From the NCBI GenBank assembly GCA_013003155.1, contig JABDKF010000267.1, positions 6,258 to 70,257 on the forward strand: a stretch of DNA of 64,000 bases, in the 5' to 3' direction. The DNA is from Woeseia sp. Its GTDB lineage: Bacteria; Pseudomonadota; Gammaproteobacteria; Steroidobacterales; Woeseiaceae. The notes below the pieces were generated by a model. That model was not told the DNA's origin. It was given only the letters and a program-made list of their open reading frames with translations, and searched no databases. Position numbers and translations under genes: made by a program. Positions 30,269 to 39,344 of the stretch are shown piece by piece. Position 1 is the stretch's first letter, and each line of letters begins with the position of its first letter.

Positions 30269-30934
30269 TCAGGCCTCGTTGTCTTCTGCAACTTTCAGCG
30301 CAGGACGCCTGATCTGGCGCGCTGCTATCGCTGTCTTGCCAATCGCGGAATCTTGTGTTTCGGTCAGCAGTCGTTGCAAGGCGCAGATGCGGGCTGAGCG
30401 ACGAATCGATTTCTCGCCTGCTACGCCAGCGAACAATAGTTTTCGCCACAAATTCGCGTCATGCGCTCGGCGCAGGCGCATGACGTCGGCCGCGATCGCG
30501 CCCCTTATGACCTGCAGAAGCGGCCGGTCCGCGAGCTGTTCACACCAATGCAGGCTGGCGCCACAAACGAGACGGGCTGCATAGGTATTCACGCGAGCTA
30601 ATTGCCAAACAAAACCGAGTCCGGCGCTGAGTAGTTCAGCGTATGCCCGACCACGTACGGGCTCCTGATCAAAGATCGTCAGGTTTGGCCCGGCATTGAA
30701 TAACTGATCCCAGTACGCGCCCTCACACTCGCGGAAAGAGAACAATAAGAACGGCGCTTTCGAGAGTCTTTCATTCTGCAGCGGGGTCAGGCTTTGCAAG
30801 CGCTTCGCGAGCACCTCCGGCATTCCTGCCAATAGATGAGCGGCGTTTTCCCTTGATCGCAGTAGCACCAGAAATGCAGCGTTGAACGCCTGCACGTTTT
30901 GAAAATCCGCCGGTTGCGGCCCTTGATAATTCAT
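30269..30934 (-). CDS. Putative tandem FlhD-like repeat protein (transcription activator subunit)
   Basis: Two segments resembling FlhD (N..FL.L...G....A..L..LT..Q...L....L.F.FR); AGGGGA RBS; divergent from an FlhC-like gene. Confidence 0.6.
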   Translation of the reverse strand: MNYQGPQPADFQNVQAFNAAFLVLLRSRENAAHLLAGMPEVLAKRLQSLTPLQNERLSKAPFLLFSFRECEGAYWDQLFNAGPNLTIFDQEPVRGRAYAELLSAGLGFVWQLARVNTYAARLVCGASLHWCEQLADRPLLQVIRGAIAADVMRLRRAHDANLWRKLLFAGVAGEKSIRRSARICALQRLLTETQDSAIGKTAIAARQIRRPALKVAEDNEA

Positions 30935-31023
30935 ACGTTCCCCTTTGCTTTTTTGCTGCGCCGCGGCAGAACTGCGCGGGTTGAGGCTGTTTTCTGTCGT
31001 GTTTTTAAGGAAATTGTGCAGAT

Positions 31024-31087
31024 ATACAATTTTTTATTGTATTCCCATAAGTGGATGTTATAGGGTTTTATAACACTGTATATGGGA
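31024..31087. promoter_or_regulatory. AT-rich divergent control region with inverted repeats
   Basis: ATACAAT-N5-ATTGTAT (31024-31042); TCCCATA...TGTTATA-GGGTTT-TATAACA...TATGGGA (31043-31087). Confidence 0.6.
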
Positions 31088-31112
31088 TGAAACTAGCACA
31101 AAAGGTGAGAAA

Positions 31113-31691
31113 ATGCGTTTAACTGACGATCGATACGCGACAGAGCGCAACCAGTTCGAGCTGGTTATGCGCATGATTCTTCTCGAGGCTCGTACCGGGA
31201 CTATCCGCGACTGTACGGGACTCAGTGACGACCGCATTCGCAAAACGTTTGCGACCTATTTCCGCGGCCGCGGCGCCGCTCTCAGGCGACGCCGTGGGAA
31301 GTCACCCCAGCAGATCGCGTTCTTCGTGAAAAACCCGGTTAACCAGCTGCAGGCCGGAACGCTGGTCGCGCTTTTCTGCACAAACCTGTTGCTGCGCATT
31401 GATGACAAGCGACGGGTTCACTCCTGCTGGCCACGCCCGGACGTTGAATTCGGTCACCGACTTTGCCGCGCCTACGAAACTTACTGTCTGCTGCACGCGC
31501 GACCACAGTTAAGCTTTGAATGGGCATGGAACCTGCTGCAGAATATTGCGCGCAACGATGAGTTGACCTTATCCCGTTGCGATCAGTGCGCCGCTTACTA
31601 CGTCCAGGATACCTACGCACTCGATGACGGAACTTGTCCCAGTTGCGCCATCGAGAATCGCTGTAGCCGGCGACGCAGCTCGCCTTTCTGA
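31113..31691 (+). CDS. FlhC-family transcriptional activator (Zn-binding)
   Basis: LVMRMILLEAR...TGLSDDRIRK, RGKSP..IAFF, RAYETY, LSFEWAWNL, CDQC-x15-CPSC zinc motif; 192 aa. Confidence 0.78.
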   Translation: MRLTDDRYATERNQFELVMRMILLEARTGTIRDCTGLSDDRIRKTFATYFRGRGAALRRRRGKSPQQIAFFVKNPVNQLQAGTLVALFCTNLLLRIDDKRRVHSCWPRPDVEFGHRLCRAYETYCLLHARPQLSFEWAWNLLQNIARNDELTLSRCDQCAAYYVQDTYALDDGTCPSCAIENRCSRRRSSPF

Positions 31692-31792
31692 ACGACAGAC
31701 CGTCCGCCTACGCCAGGCTTTTCCGGTACACTTCAGCTCCATTCGGCCACCTGGGTGCCGTATCCAGTGGATGCAATCTTCATTAAGTGCTG

Positions 31793-32680
31793 ATGTCTGG
31801 ACACAACGTATTTGCCGGAGCTTTCGTCGATCGCTCAGCCCATCGCCGGCTTGATGCAGCCTGGCTCGAGGCGGCTTTGGCACGCGACGACACCGTGTTT
31901 GTACCGGTCTGGGGTGATCGTTGCCTGGTGACCGCCGAGCCACACCGAACAGTATTGTTGCAACGCTCGGATCTTGCTGCTTTCAAGGATGCGTTGCCGG
32001 TTTTTCTTGGAATGTACCGGGAGCAACCAGCATTTGCTGTGCATATCAACCGCTCGTTGGAAGCGCCCTTCGCCAACCGTGGCGCCTTTCACGACTTGCG
32101 TTACCTCGGCAGTGTACTGCCAGCGGACGAAGCCAATCTGATCGCACATGCGCGCGCACTTGTTTTGTGGCACGACGCACAGCGCCATTGTGGTCACTGT
32201 GGTGCACCAACCGCACCCCAGGCGGGAGGCAACACGCGCGTTTGCCAGGAGGCGGAGTGCGGCACCCGCTTATTTCCGCGCGTTGACCCGGCGATCATCG
32301 TGCTTGTCCATGACGGCGACAACTGCCTGCTGGGCCGGCAAAGCCGATGGCCGGAAGGTCGCTATTCAACGATTGCCGGTTTCGTCGAGCCCGGCGAAAG
32401 TCTTGAGGATGCGGTCATTCGTGAAGTGCAGGAAGAAACGAATGTCGATGTCGGCGACGTGCAATACCACAGCTCTCAGCCATGGCCGTTTCCTGCGTCG
32501 TTAATGCTGGGGTTTCATGCAAGATCTTTAAGCACGGACATTCGACTGAACGACGGCGAGCTGGAGGATGCCCGCTGGTTTACCCACAAGGAATTGGCAT
32601 CCGGTTTTCCCAAGCTGCCGCCGCGCCTGTCTATCGCCCGGCGCTTGGTAGACGACTGGCTCGAAACCACCGCCAGCTGA
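31793..32680 (+). CDS. nudC: NAD(H) pyrophosphatase / NAD-cap decapping enzyme
   Basis: CGHCG...C...C zinc finger, FPRVDPAII, Nudix box GFVEPGESLEDAVIREVQEE, SQPWPFP. Confidence 0.95.
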   Translation: MSGHNVFAGAFVDRSAHRRLDAAWLEAALARDDTVFVPVWGDRCLVTAEPHRTVLLQRSDLAAFKDALPVFLGMYREQPAFAVHINRSLEAPFANRGAFHDLRYLGSVLPADEANLIAHARALVLWHDAQRHCGHCGAPTAPQAGGNTRVCQEAECGTRLFPRVDPAIIVLVHDGDNCLLGRQSRWPEGRYSTIAGFVEPGESLEDAVIREVQEETNVDVGDVQYHSSQPWPFPASLMLGFHARSLSTDIRLNDGELEDARWFTHKELASGFPKLPPRLSIARRLVDDWLETTAS

Positions 32681-32690
32681 CGTTCGAGCA

Positions 32691-33452
32691 ATGTGTCTGA
32701 TAGTTTTCGCCTGGCAGCAACACCCTCGCTGCAAACTTGTGCTGGTCGCGAATCGCGATGAACAGCATGCGCGGCCCGCGGCTCCGATGGGTTGGTGGCC
32801 TGACCAACCGAATGTTTTGGCGGGCCGTGATCTGCAGGCAGGCGGGACCTGGCTGGGAATCAGCCGTAGCGGCCGATTTGCCGTGGTCACAAACTATCGC
32901 GAATATTTTCGGGCCCCTCCCGCGAAACTTAGCCGCGGCAAACTGGTGCGTGATTTTGTCGTCGGTGATAAGACGCCACTGGCTTTTTCGCAGGGCTTGA
33001 ATGGCGATGATTTTGCCGGTTTTAGTTTGCTGACGGCGGATAACGAATCACTTTGCTACACAACGAATCGCGAAGACCCGCCGCAACTCCTTGCCGCTGG
33101 TGTATACGGCCTTAGCAACGCGACACTTGATACTCCGTGGCCAAAACTTACCCGGTCTCGCGATGGTTTGCACAAGCTGCTCGAACGCGACGAGATTAAT
33201 CCAAACTCACTGATGAATTTGCTCGCCGACACAACGCCAGCAGCGGTAAAAGACATCGACGACGAGTTGCCGGTTGACCTCGCACGGGCAGTGTCTGCGC
33301 CATTTATCAAGACCGAAACTTACGGCACCCGCTGCACCAGCGTTGTACTGGTAGAAAACGATGGCAGCGTACTGGTAGCTGAGCGGCGCTTTGATGCCAG
33401 CGGCAACAGGAGCGGCGAGAATCAATATCTTTTCAACACTGGAGAGCCCTAG
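32691..33452 (+). CDS. NRDE family (TANGO2-like) protein
   Basis: MCLIVF, ANRDE, GRDLQAGGTWLG, YGTR. Confidence 0.92.
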   Translation: MCLIVFAWQQHPRCKLVLVANRDEQHARPAAPMGWWPDQPNVLAGRDLQAGGTWLGISRSGRFAVVTNYREYFRAPPAKLSRGKLVRDFVVGDKTPLAFSQGLNGDDFAGFSLLTADNESLCYTTNREDPPQLLAAGVYGLSNATLDTPWPKLTRSRDGLHKLLERDEINPNSLMNLLADTTPAAVKDIDDELPVDLARAVSAPFIKTETYGTRCTSVVLVENDGSVLVAERRFDASGNRSGENQYLFNTGEP

Positions 33453-34147
33453 CTGGCGCGGCTAACGCCGTAGATACGCAACAGCCATTCGCGGATCGCG
33501 GCAATTTCTTCGGCACAGACTGAGTGAGCCATCGGGTAACTGTGCCACTCCGGCGCGAACCCTGCGCCCTTCAGCGAATCTCGCGCATCCTCTCCAAGTG
33601 CGAGCGGCAGCATGGGATCGAACGTTCCATGCGCGACAAAAACGGGTAAGTCGCGGGACTGTGAGTCAGGCGCATCTGTCACTTCCCTGTCAAACGCGTC
33701 GTGTAGCGGCAACCATGTCGACAGTGCCATCAAGCCCGCCAACCGCTCCTTCTGGCGCAGTGCCGTATGCATTGCAATCGCGCCGCCTTGTGAGAAACCG
33801 GCGAGCACAATCTTGTTGAGCGCCACGCCCCGTTGCTGTTCACGCGCGATCAGCGCTTCGAGCTGCGCGCCACTGTCACGAATACCGGCCTCGTCCTGCG
33901 GCCCGTCACGCTCGAGGCTGACGATGTCATACCAGGCACGCATCTCCATGCCGCCGTTGATCGTGACCTTTCGCATAGGCGCGTGCGGAAAAATAAAACG
34001 CAGATTCAGTTCGCCTTCAAGCCGCAGCTCCGGAACGATCGGCTCAAAGTCGTGGCCGTCAGCGCCAAGGCCGTGCAGCCAGATGACACTGCCCTCGACA
34101 TCCTCCTCCGCCGTTGATTCCACCGTTTCGAGTAACGCCACCTGCAT
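33449..34147 (-). CDS. Phospholipase/carboxylesterase (alpha/beta hydrolase)
   Basis: WLHGLGADGHDF, RAWYDI, GFSQGG, HGTFD, MAHSV; CAGGAG RBS. Confidence 0.92.
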   Translation of the reverse strand: MQVALLETVESTAEEDVEGSVIWLHGLGADGHDFEPIVPELRLEGELNLRFIFPHAPMRKVTINGGMEMRAWYDIVSLERDGPQDEAGIRDSGAQLEALIAREQQRGVALNKIVLAGFSQGGAIAMHTALRQKERLAGLMALSTWLPLHDAFDREVTDAPDSQSRDLPVFVAHGTFDPMLPLALGEDARDSLKGAGFAPEWHSYPMAHSVCAEEIAAIREWLLRIYGVSRAS

Positions 34148-34251
34148 CTCCTGTGAACTGAGTCGCGGCATGTTATCAGCCTGACTCGCCGCGTGATGTC
34201 GTGGCAAGTGACGGTGCCTGCCGCAGCCATGTCTTATTTGCCTTGAAGCGC

Positions 34252-34298
34252 TTGACTCTATATGCACATGTTGATACTTTTATGCGCATAATTATTCA
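34252..34298 (+). promoter_or_regulatory. Sigma70 promoter of arg operon with two ARG-box-like sites
   Basis: TTGACT-N17-TACTTT (34252-34280); TGACTCTATATGCA (34253-34266) and CGCATAATTATTCA (34285-34298) resemble TGAATWWWWATTCA. Confidence 0.72.
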
Positions 34299-34308
34299 GA
34301 AGTGCCTC

Positions 34309-34764
34309 ATGCCTGAAACCTCGAAACACCAGCTCGAGCGGCGCAACGCCATTGTCAGCTTGCTGTCAGCCGGACCGGCCTCGACCCAGCAGTCGGTCGT
34401 GACCGCGCTGAATGCGCAAGGCTACGAGGCGACTCAGTCCAGCGTCAGCCGAGATTTGCGTGAACTTGGCGCGTTAAAAACACCTGCAGGCTATGTGCTC
34501 CCGAAGAATGCGGACGACGGCATCGATGAAATTGCCGCCGTTGCCGATCTGATACGGGAATTGAAACCGGCAGGACCGAACCTGCTTGTTATTCGCACGG
34601 GCATCGGCGCGGCACAACGCGTTGCACTGGCACTCGATCGCTGCGGCTGGCCCGAAATTGTTGGCAATGTCGGCGGCGATGACACCGTCTTCACCGCAAC
34701 GTCGGGCGCTGCAGCACAACGAAATATTGTTGCCCGCGTCAAACAAATCGCGAGCCGCGGCTAA
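34309..34764 (+). CDS. argR: Arginine repressor
   Basis: TQSSVSRDLRELG wHTH; VIRT..GAAQ.VA..LD; VGGDDTVF. Confidence 0.93.
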   Translation: MPETSKHQLERRNAIVSLLSAGPASTQQSVVTALNAQGYEATQSSVSRDLRELGALKTPAGYVLPKNADDGIDEIAAVADLIRELKPAGPNLLVIRTGIGAAQRVALALDRCGWPEIVGNVGGDDTVFTATSGAAAQRNIVARVKQIASRG

Positions 34765-34792
34765 ATTCACTCAAGTTTCCTGGAGCCACTCT

Positions 34793-36004
34793 TTGTCTGC
34801 CGATTCCTCACCGATCCTGCTCGCTTTCTCCGGCGGTCTTGATACTTCGTTTTGCGTCCCGTGGCTGAAGAAAGAATACGGGCGCGACGTCATTACCGTG
34901 ACTGTCGATACCGGCGGAATCGATGCGCAGGCGGCCAAGGATTTGCACGAACGAGCGCTCGCATTGGGCGCGGTCCAGCACTTGCAGCTCGACTGCAGGC
35001 AACAGTTTTTCGATGAGGTCATTCGTTTCCTGATATTCGGTAACGTGCTGCGCGGCAATGCCTATCCTCTTTGTGTCGGCGCGGAACGCGGCGTACAGGC
35101 CGCGGCACTCGCGCGCCTCGCGCACGAACACAATGCGACAACGGTGGCACACGGCTGCACCGCCGCTGGCAATGACCAGGTACGCTTTGAAGTTGCGCTC
35201 CGCACACTGAATCCCGGCCTTGCAGTACTAGCACCCGTGCGCGACAACAATTGGGTTCGCGATGAACAGCTGGCATACCTTAAGGAAAGAAATTTACCGC
35301 TGCCGGCGCAGGGTTCAGCCTATTCCATTAATCGCGGCCTGTGGGGCATTACGATAGGTGGTCGCGAAACCCTGACTTCAGCCCAGTCGATTCCGGAAAG
35401 CGCGTGGGTGCTATCACCCACGGCATTCACTGCGCCGCAGGCTGAATCACAACACCGGCTGACGTTCACTGCCGGTGTACCGGTCGCGCTGGACGGCGAT
35501 GCGATGAATCCCGTGCCGCTGATCGAGAAACTGGAAGCTCTGGCAGGTGCGTTTGGCATTGGTCGTGGCGTCCATCTTGGCGACACCGTGCTGGGCACAA
35601 AAGGTCGTGTGGCTTTCGAAGCGCCTGCAGCTATAGCGCTAATAAACACGCACCGGGAACTTGAGAAACTGGTCCTGAGTGCGCTTCAGGCGCGAATCAA
35701 AGACAACGTCGCGTCGATCTACGGCGACATGATTCACGAAGGTCGGCAGCTCGACCTCGCGGCGCGCGATGTCGAAGCACTGCTCGCATCGTCGCAGCGG
35801 CGCGTCAGCGGCGACGTCCACTTTACGCTGCGACCCGGCAATCTGTTCGTGTCCGGCGTCGAGTCGAAGCATTCCCTGCTTGCCGCCACGCGCGGAGTGT
35901 ACGGCGAATCGGCCGGTGAATGGAGCGCTTCCGATGCACTCGGCTATTCACGGGTATTGTCATTGCCCGGCACGTTGCAAACGCGTGCGGCGGCCGGAGT
36001 TTAG
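34793..36004 (+). CDS. argG: Argininosuccinate synthase
   Basis: LAFSGGLDTS, AHGCTAAGNDQVRFE, YSINRGLWG, FEAPAA; TTG start after GGAG. Confidence 0.93.
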   Translation: MSADSSPILLAFSGGLDTSFCVPWLKKEYGRDVITVTVDTGGIDAQAAKDLHERALALGAVQHLQLDCRQQFFDEVIRFLIFGNVLRGNAYPLCVGAERGVQAAALARLAHEHNATTVAHGCTAAGNDQVRFEVALRTLNPGLAVLAPVRDNNWVRDEQLAYLKERNLPLPAQGSAYSINRGLWGITIGGRETLTSAQSIPESAWVLSPTAFTAPQAESQHRLTFTAGVPVALDGDAMNPVPLIEKLEALAGAFGIGRGVHLGDTVLGTKGRVAFEAPAAIALINTHRELEKLVLSALQARIKDNVASIYGDMIHEGRQLDLAARDVEALLASSQRRVSGDVHFTLRPGNLFVSGVESKHSLLAATRGVYGESAGEWSASDALGYSRVLSLPGTLQTRAAAGV

Positions 36005-36007
36005 GCA

Positions 36008-37072
36008 ATGCGCAGCGTTATTGTCGACAAGATCGCCTCGGTCGCACAGCACAGCAAACTGGCGCAGGAGTTGCGCCTGGCCGACGATATTCCTTGCGAG
36101 GAAGGCGTGCTTGTTGCGGTCCGCGTGTTGAACAACAAGTCGCGCTACAACACACTGGAACTCGTTAGCGGCCGCATGGCGCAGGTTAACCAGGGCGATG
36201 TGGTGGTCGGCGCGCTCGGTCATCGCAAAGCGCTGCGCGGGTATTCAGGACACCTGCCAACAGCGCTCAAAGTCGGCGAAACGCTGCAGCTCCTGAACAT
36301 TGGTGGAGTACTTGGCGTTTGCGATTCGGCGAATCCTGACGTGGGCGCACCCTTCGACTGCGAGGTTCTCGGCACCGTATTGCACTTCCCTTATCTCGGC
36401 GAGCGTATCGGTGTGCCAGCACGCGCGGGGGCCGCTGAGTTTGATCGTGCGGCGAAACTCGACACGCTTGGCGTCCCGGTAGTTGCACTGGCCGGTACCT
36501 GTATGGATTCCGGGAAGACGGTCGCAGCCTGCGCGATTGTTGCGGGTTTGCGGCACCACGGAATGCGGGTCGCAGCATGCAAAGCGACCGGCGTTTCGTT
36601 GCGGCGTGATATCCATGCAATGGAAGACGCGGGCGCAAGCGACTCAATGATTTTTTCCGATCTCGGCATCGTTACTACGACCGCCGACAACGGCCCCGCC
36701 CTGACGCGCAGTTTACTAACGAGCCTCGCGGCGCGCAGCCCTGACGTGATTGTGGTCGAACTGGGCGATGGGCTAATCGGCGAGTACGGCGTTGAGGCAA
36801 TCCTCACCGACGAGGCAATTCGTTCTGCGCTGACTGCCGTCGTGTTATGTGCCAACGATCCCGTGGGCGCCTGGGGAGGTGCCCGTATCCTGCGCGAGCA
36901 ATTTGGCATCGAGCCGGCCATCGTGACCGGTCCTGCTACCGACAACGCCGTGGGCATCGATCAGATACTTAGCCGACTATCCTTGCCGGCAATTAACGCG
37001 TTGACAGACGGCGCGGCGCTCGGAGAGCACGTTGCCAACATCGTTGATAACGCAAAAGGTGCGGCAGCATGA
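36008..37072 (+). CDS. DUF1611/dethiobiotin-synthetase-like P-loop protein embedded in arg operon
   Basis: AGTCMDSGKT P-loop, ACKATG, VVELGDG; starts 3 bp after argG, ATGA overlap with argC. Confidence 0.75.
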   Translation: MRSVIVDKIASVAQHSKLAQELRLADDIPCEEGVLVAVRVLNNKSRYNTLELVSGRMAQVNQGDVVVGALGHRKALRGYSGHLPTALKVGETLQLLNIGGVLGVCDSANPDVGAPFDCEVLGTVLHFPYLGERIGVPARAGAAEFDRAAKLDTLGVPVVALAGTCMDSGKTVAACAIVAGLRHHGMRVAACKATGVSLRRDIHAMEDAGASDSMIFSDLGIVTTTADNGPALTRSLLTSLAARSPDVIVVELGDGLIGEYGVEAILTDEAIRSALTAVVLCANDPVGAWGGARILREQFGIEPAIVTGPATDNAVGIDQILSRLSLPAINALTDGAALGEHVANIVDNAKGAAA

Positions 37073-38130
37073 CACGCAAAATTCCTGCCGCAGTACTGGG
37101 CGCGACCGGGTACGTAGGTGGCGAGTTACTCAGGCTGCTCGCCGCACACCCGGGTTTTGAATTGCGCGCGGCCGTGTCGACTTCAAAAAGTGGGCAAACG
37201 ATCGATTCGGTTTTTCCGGCACTCTCACCCGCGTACCCGTATGAACGATTCTGCTCGCTGGAACATTGCGAAACGATGCTGGGCGAAATCGATGAACTGG
37301 CATTGTTCTCTACGGCGCCGCACGGTGCTTCCGCGGCCCTGGTCGCTCGCTTGTTGGACAGCGCGCAACGGCAGAACGTCACCGTCCATACCGTAGACTC
37401 ATCAGCAGACTTTCGCTACCCCGATCACAACGACTACTCATCCGTTTACGACCAGGCTCATGGCGCCCCCGCGATACTTGACCAATTTGTCCAGGGCGTA
37501 CCGGAGCAGGTGCCTGTCTGGCAGGCCCCGCATGTCGGTCATCCCGGATGCTTCGCCACGGCCGCATTGCTGGCGGCAGTGCCGCTGTGCCTTGCGCAGC
37601 CCGACATGGAAAGCGTGTTTATCAACGGCGTAACGGGCAGCACCGGCGCGGGTCGCGCACCGCTGCCAGGTACCCATCATCCTGAACGGCACAGTAATTT
37701 ATACGCATACAAACCGCTGGCCCACCGACATGAACCGGAGATCGAGGCGGGCATCAGGGTCGCAGGTGGTGGCGATGTGCGGGTCAATTTCGTACCACAC
37801 TCCGGTCCGTTCTCCCGCGGCATTCACGTAACGTTGCAGGCCGAACTTCCGGCACCAATGACGATGAGCACGTTGTGCGAGATATACGACAGTTATTACG
37901 AGAACGCCATGTTCGTGCAACGGCTGGAAGGCACACCGCGCATCAAGAACGTGGTCACGAGCAACCATTGCCACATAGGAGTTGCCGCCAGGGGCAACAC
38001 GGTGGTCGTCATGAGCGTCATCGACAACCTCGTAAAAGGCGCTGCTGGTGGCGCCATACAATGGATGAATCGACTTTACGCCTTACCCGAGCACTCCGGT
38101 TTAACCTCGGTTTCGCCAGCATGGACCTAA
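37069..38130 (+). CDS. argC: N-acyl-gamma-glutamyl-phosphate reductase
   Basis: GATGYVGGELLRLL, SADFR, PGCFAT, SGAG-like STGAG, HRHEPE, DNLVKGAAG. Confidence 0.95.
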   Translation: MTRKIPAAVLGATGYVGGELLRLLAAHPGFELRAAVSTSKSGQTIDSVFPALSPAYPYERFCSLEHCETMLGEIDELALFSTAPHGASAALVARLLDSAQRQNVTVHTVDSSADFRYPDHNDYSSVYDQAHGAPAILDQFVQGVPEQVPVWQAPHVGHPGCFATAALLAAVPLCLAQPDMESVFINGVTGSTGAGRAPLPGTHHPERHSNLYAYKPLAHRHEPEIEAGIRVAGGGDVRVNFVPHSGPFSRGIHVTLQAELPAPMTMSTLCEIYDSYYENAMFVQRLEGTPRIKNVVTSNHCHIGVAARGNTVVVMSVIDNLVKGAAGGAIQWMNRLYALPEHSGLTSVSPAWT

Positions 38131-39311
38131 ACGCCCGCGAATTGCCCTCGAAAAGTGCGCTCGAAAGAGAAGCGGCGGTTACGGTGCCCGTTTATCCCCA
38201 GCTCAATATCGACCCGCTGCGCGCCGTTGGCTGCGAAATTCTGACGCGCGACGGGCGCACGATACTGGACCTGTACGGCGGTCATGCTGTTGCTGCGCTG
38301 GGGTATTCGCATCCTGGACTTTACGATGCGATCTCCACGCAGTCGCGAAACCTGCTGTTCCAAAGCAACGCAGTAGCGCTTGACATCAGGGCAGCGGCCG
38401 CGGAAGCGCTCGTTGCCGTTGCGCCGAAAAGTCTGACTCGTGTGTTCTTCGTAAACAGTGGCGCAGAGGCGAATGAAAACGCCTTGCGCGTGGCCTGCCG
38501 GGCTACCGGACGCAGCAAGATTCTCGCAATCACGCACAGTTTTCATGGTCGCACCGCCGCGGCCGCGGCGGTTACCTGGAAGGCCGCGAACAGCTGGTAC
38601 GGTTTTCCGAGAACGCCTTTTGACGTTGACTTTATTCCACGTAATGACAGCAATGCGGCTCGCCGCATGATTGACGATAGCGTGGCGGCGGTAATTTTCG
38701 AGCCCGTGCAGGGTGTCGCGGGTGCGTTTGATCTCGAAGCCGATTTCGTCAGCGCCTTGCGTGCGGCATGCTCGCAAAACGGTGCGCTGCTGATCGCGGA
38801 CGAGGTTCAATCCGGCATGGGGCGCTCCGGACGTTTTTTTGCATCGCAGGTTTTCGACCTGGAGCCCGATCTTTTGACGAGCGCGAAAAGTCTTGGCGGC
38901 GGCTTTCCCTGCGGGGCCTTGCTCTGCAGCGAGACCCTGGGCGCGTCACTGCACAACGGCGATCTCGGTTCGACATTTGGCGGTGGGCCGGTGGCTGCTG
39001 CCGCCATCGTTGCGGTAATCGACGCAATCAAACAGGAAAAGTTACTGGAAAACGTGCGTCAACGTGAAGCGGAAATTCGCTCAACTTGTCTCGTCGGGCC
39101 AGTCAAAAAAATTCAAGGCATGGGGCTGTTGCTCGGCCTGGTGTGCGACAAGCCGGCGCGCGAGGTTCATGCGCAGCTGCTTGAACATGACATTTTGACC
39201 GGCGTCAGCGCAGCTTCAAACGTTTTGCGGCTTCTACCGCCGCTCGTATTGCAGTCTGGCCATGTCAGTCGCCTCGCTGTTGCGCTAGCTGATATGATCT
39301 GCGCCGAGTAA
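38121..39311 (+). CDS. argD: (Acetyl/succinyl)ornithine aminotransferase
   Basis: DLYGGHAV, NSGAEANE, SFHGRT, DEVQSGMGR, AKSLGGG, GSTFGG. Confidence 0.92.
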   Translation: MDLNARELPSKSALEREAAVTVPVYPQLNIDPLRAVGCEILTRDGRTILDLYGGHAVAALGYSHPGLYDAISTQSRNLLFQSNAVALDIRAAAAEALVAVAPKSLTRVFFVNSGAEANENALRVACRATGRSKILAITHSFHGRTAAAAAVTWKAANSWYGFPRTPFDVDFIPRNDSNAARRMIDDSVAAVIFEPVQGVAGAFDLEADFVSALRAACSQNGALLIADEVQSGMGRSGRFFASQVFDLEPDLLTSAKSLGGGFPCGALLCSETLGASLHNGDLGSTFGGGPVAAAAIVAVIDAIKQEKLLENVRQREAEIRSTCLVGPVKKIQGMGLLLGLVCDKPAREVHAQLLEHDILTGVSAASNVLRLLPPLVLQSGHVSRLAVALADMICAE

Positions 39312-39344
39312 AACCATTCCAATTAAAGAGTTTTGAGTATAGTA

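Noticed and set aside
31076-31091. LexA box starting CTGTATAT
   Set aside because: The ACAG half-site is absent
30269-31691. ICE/plasmid remnant carrying SetCD/AcaCD
   Set aside because: No integrase, tra genes, att repeats or obvious compositional break
37875-38120. Long N-terminal extensions in the ORF track (argD, argG, mdh, dsbA, gcvT-like and others)
   Set aside because: They overlap upstream genes or promoters; later starts match family N-termini and RBS or stop-start coupling
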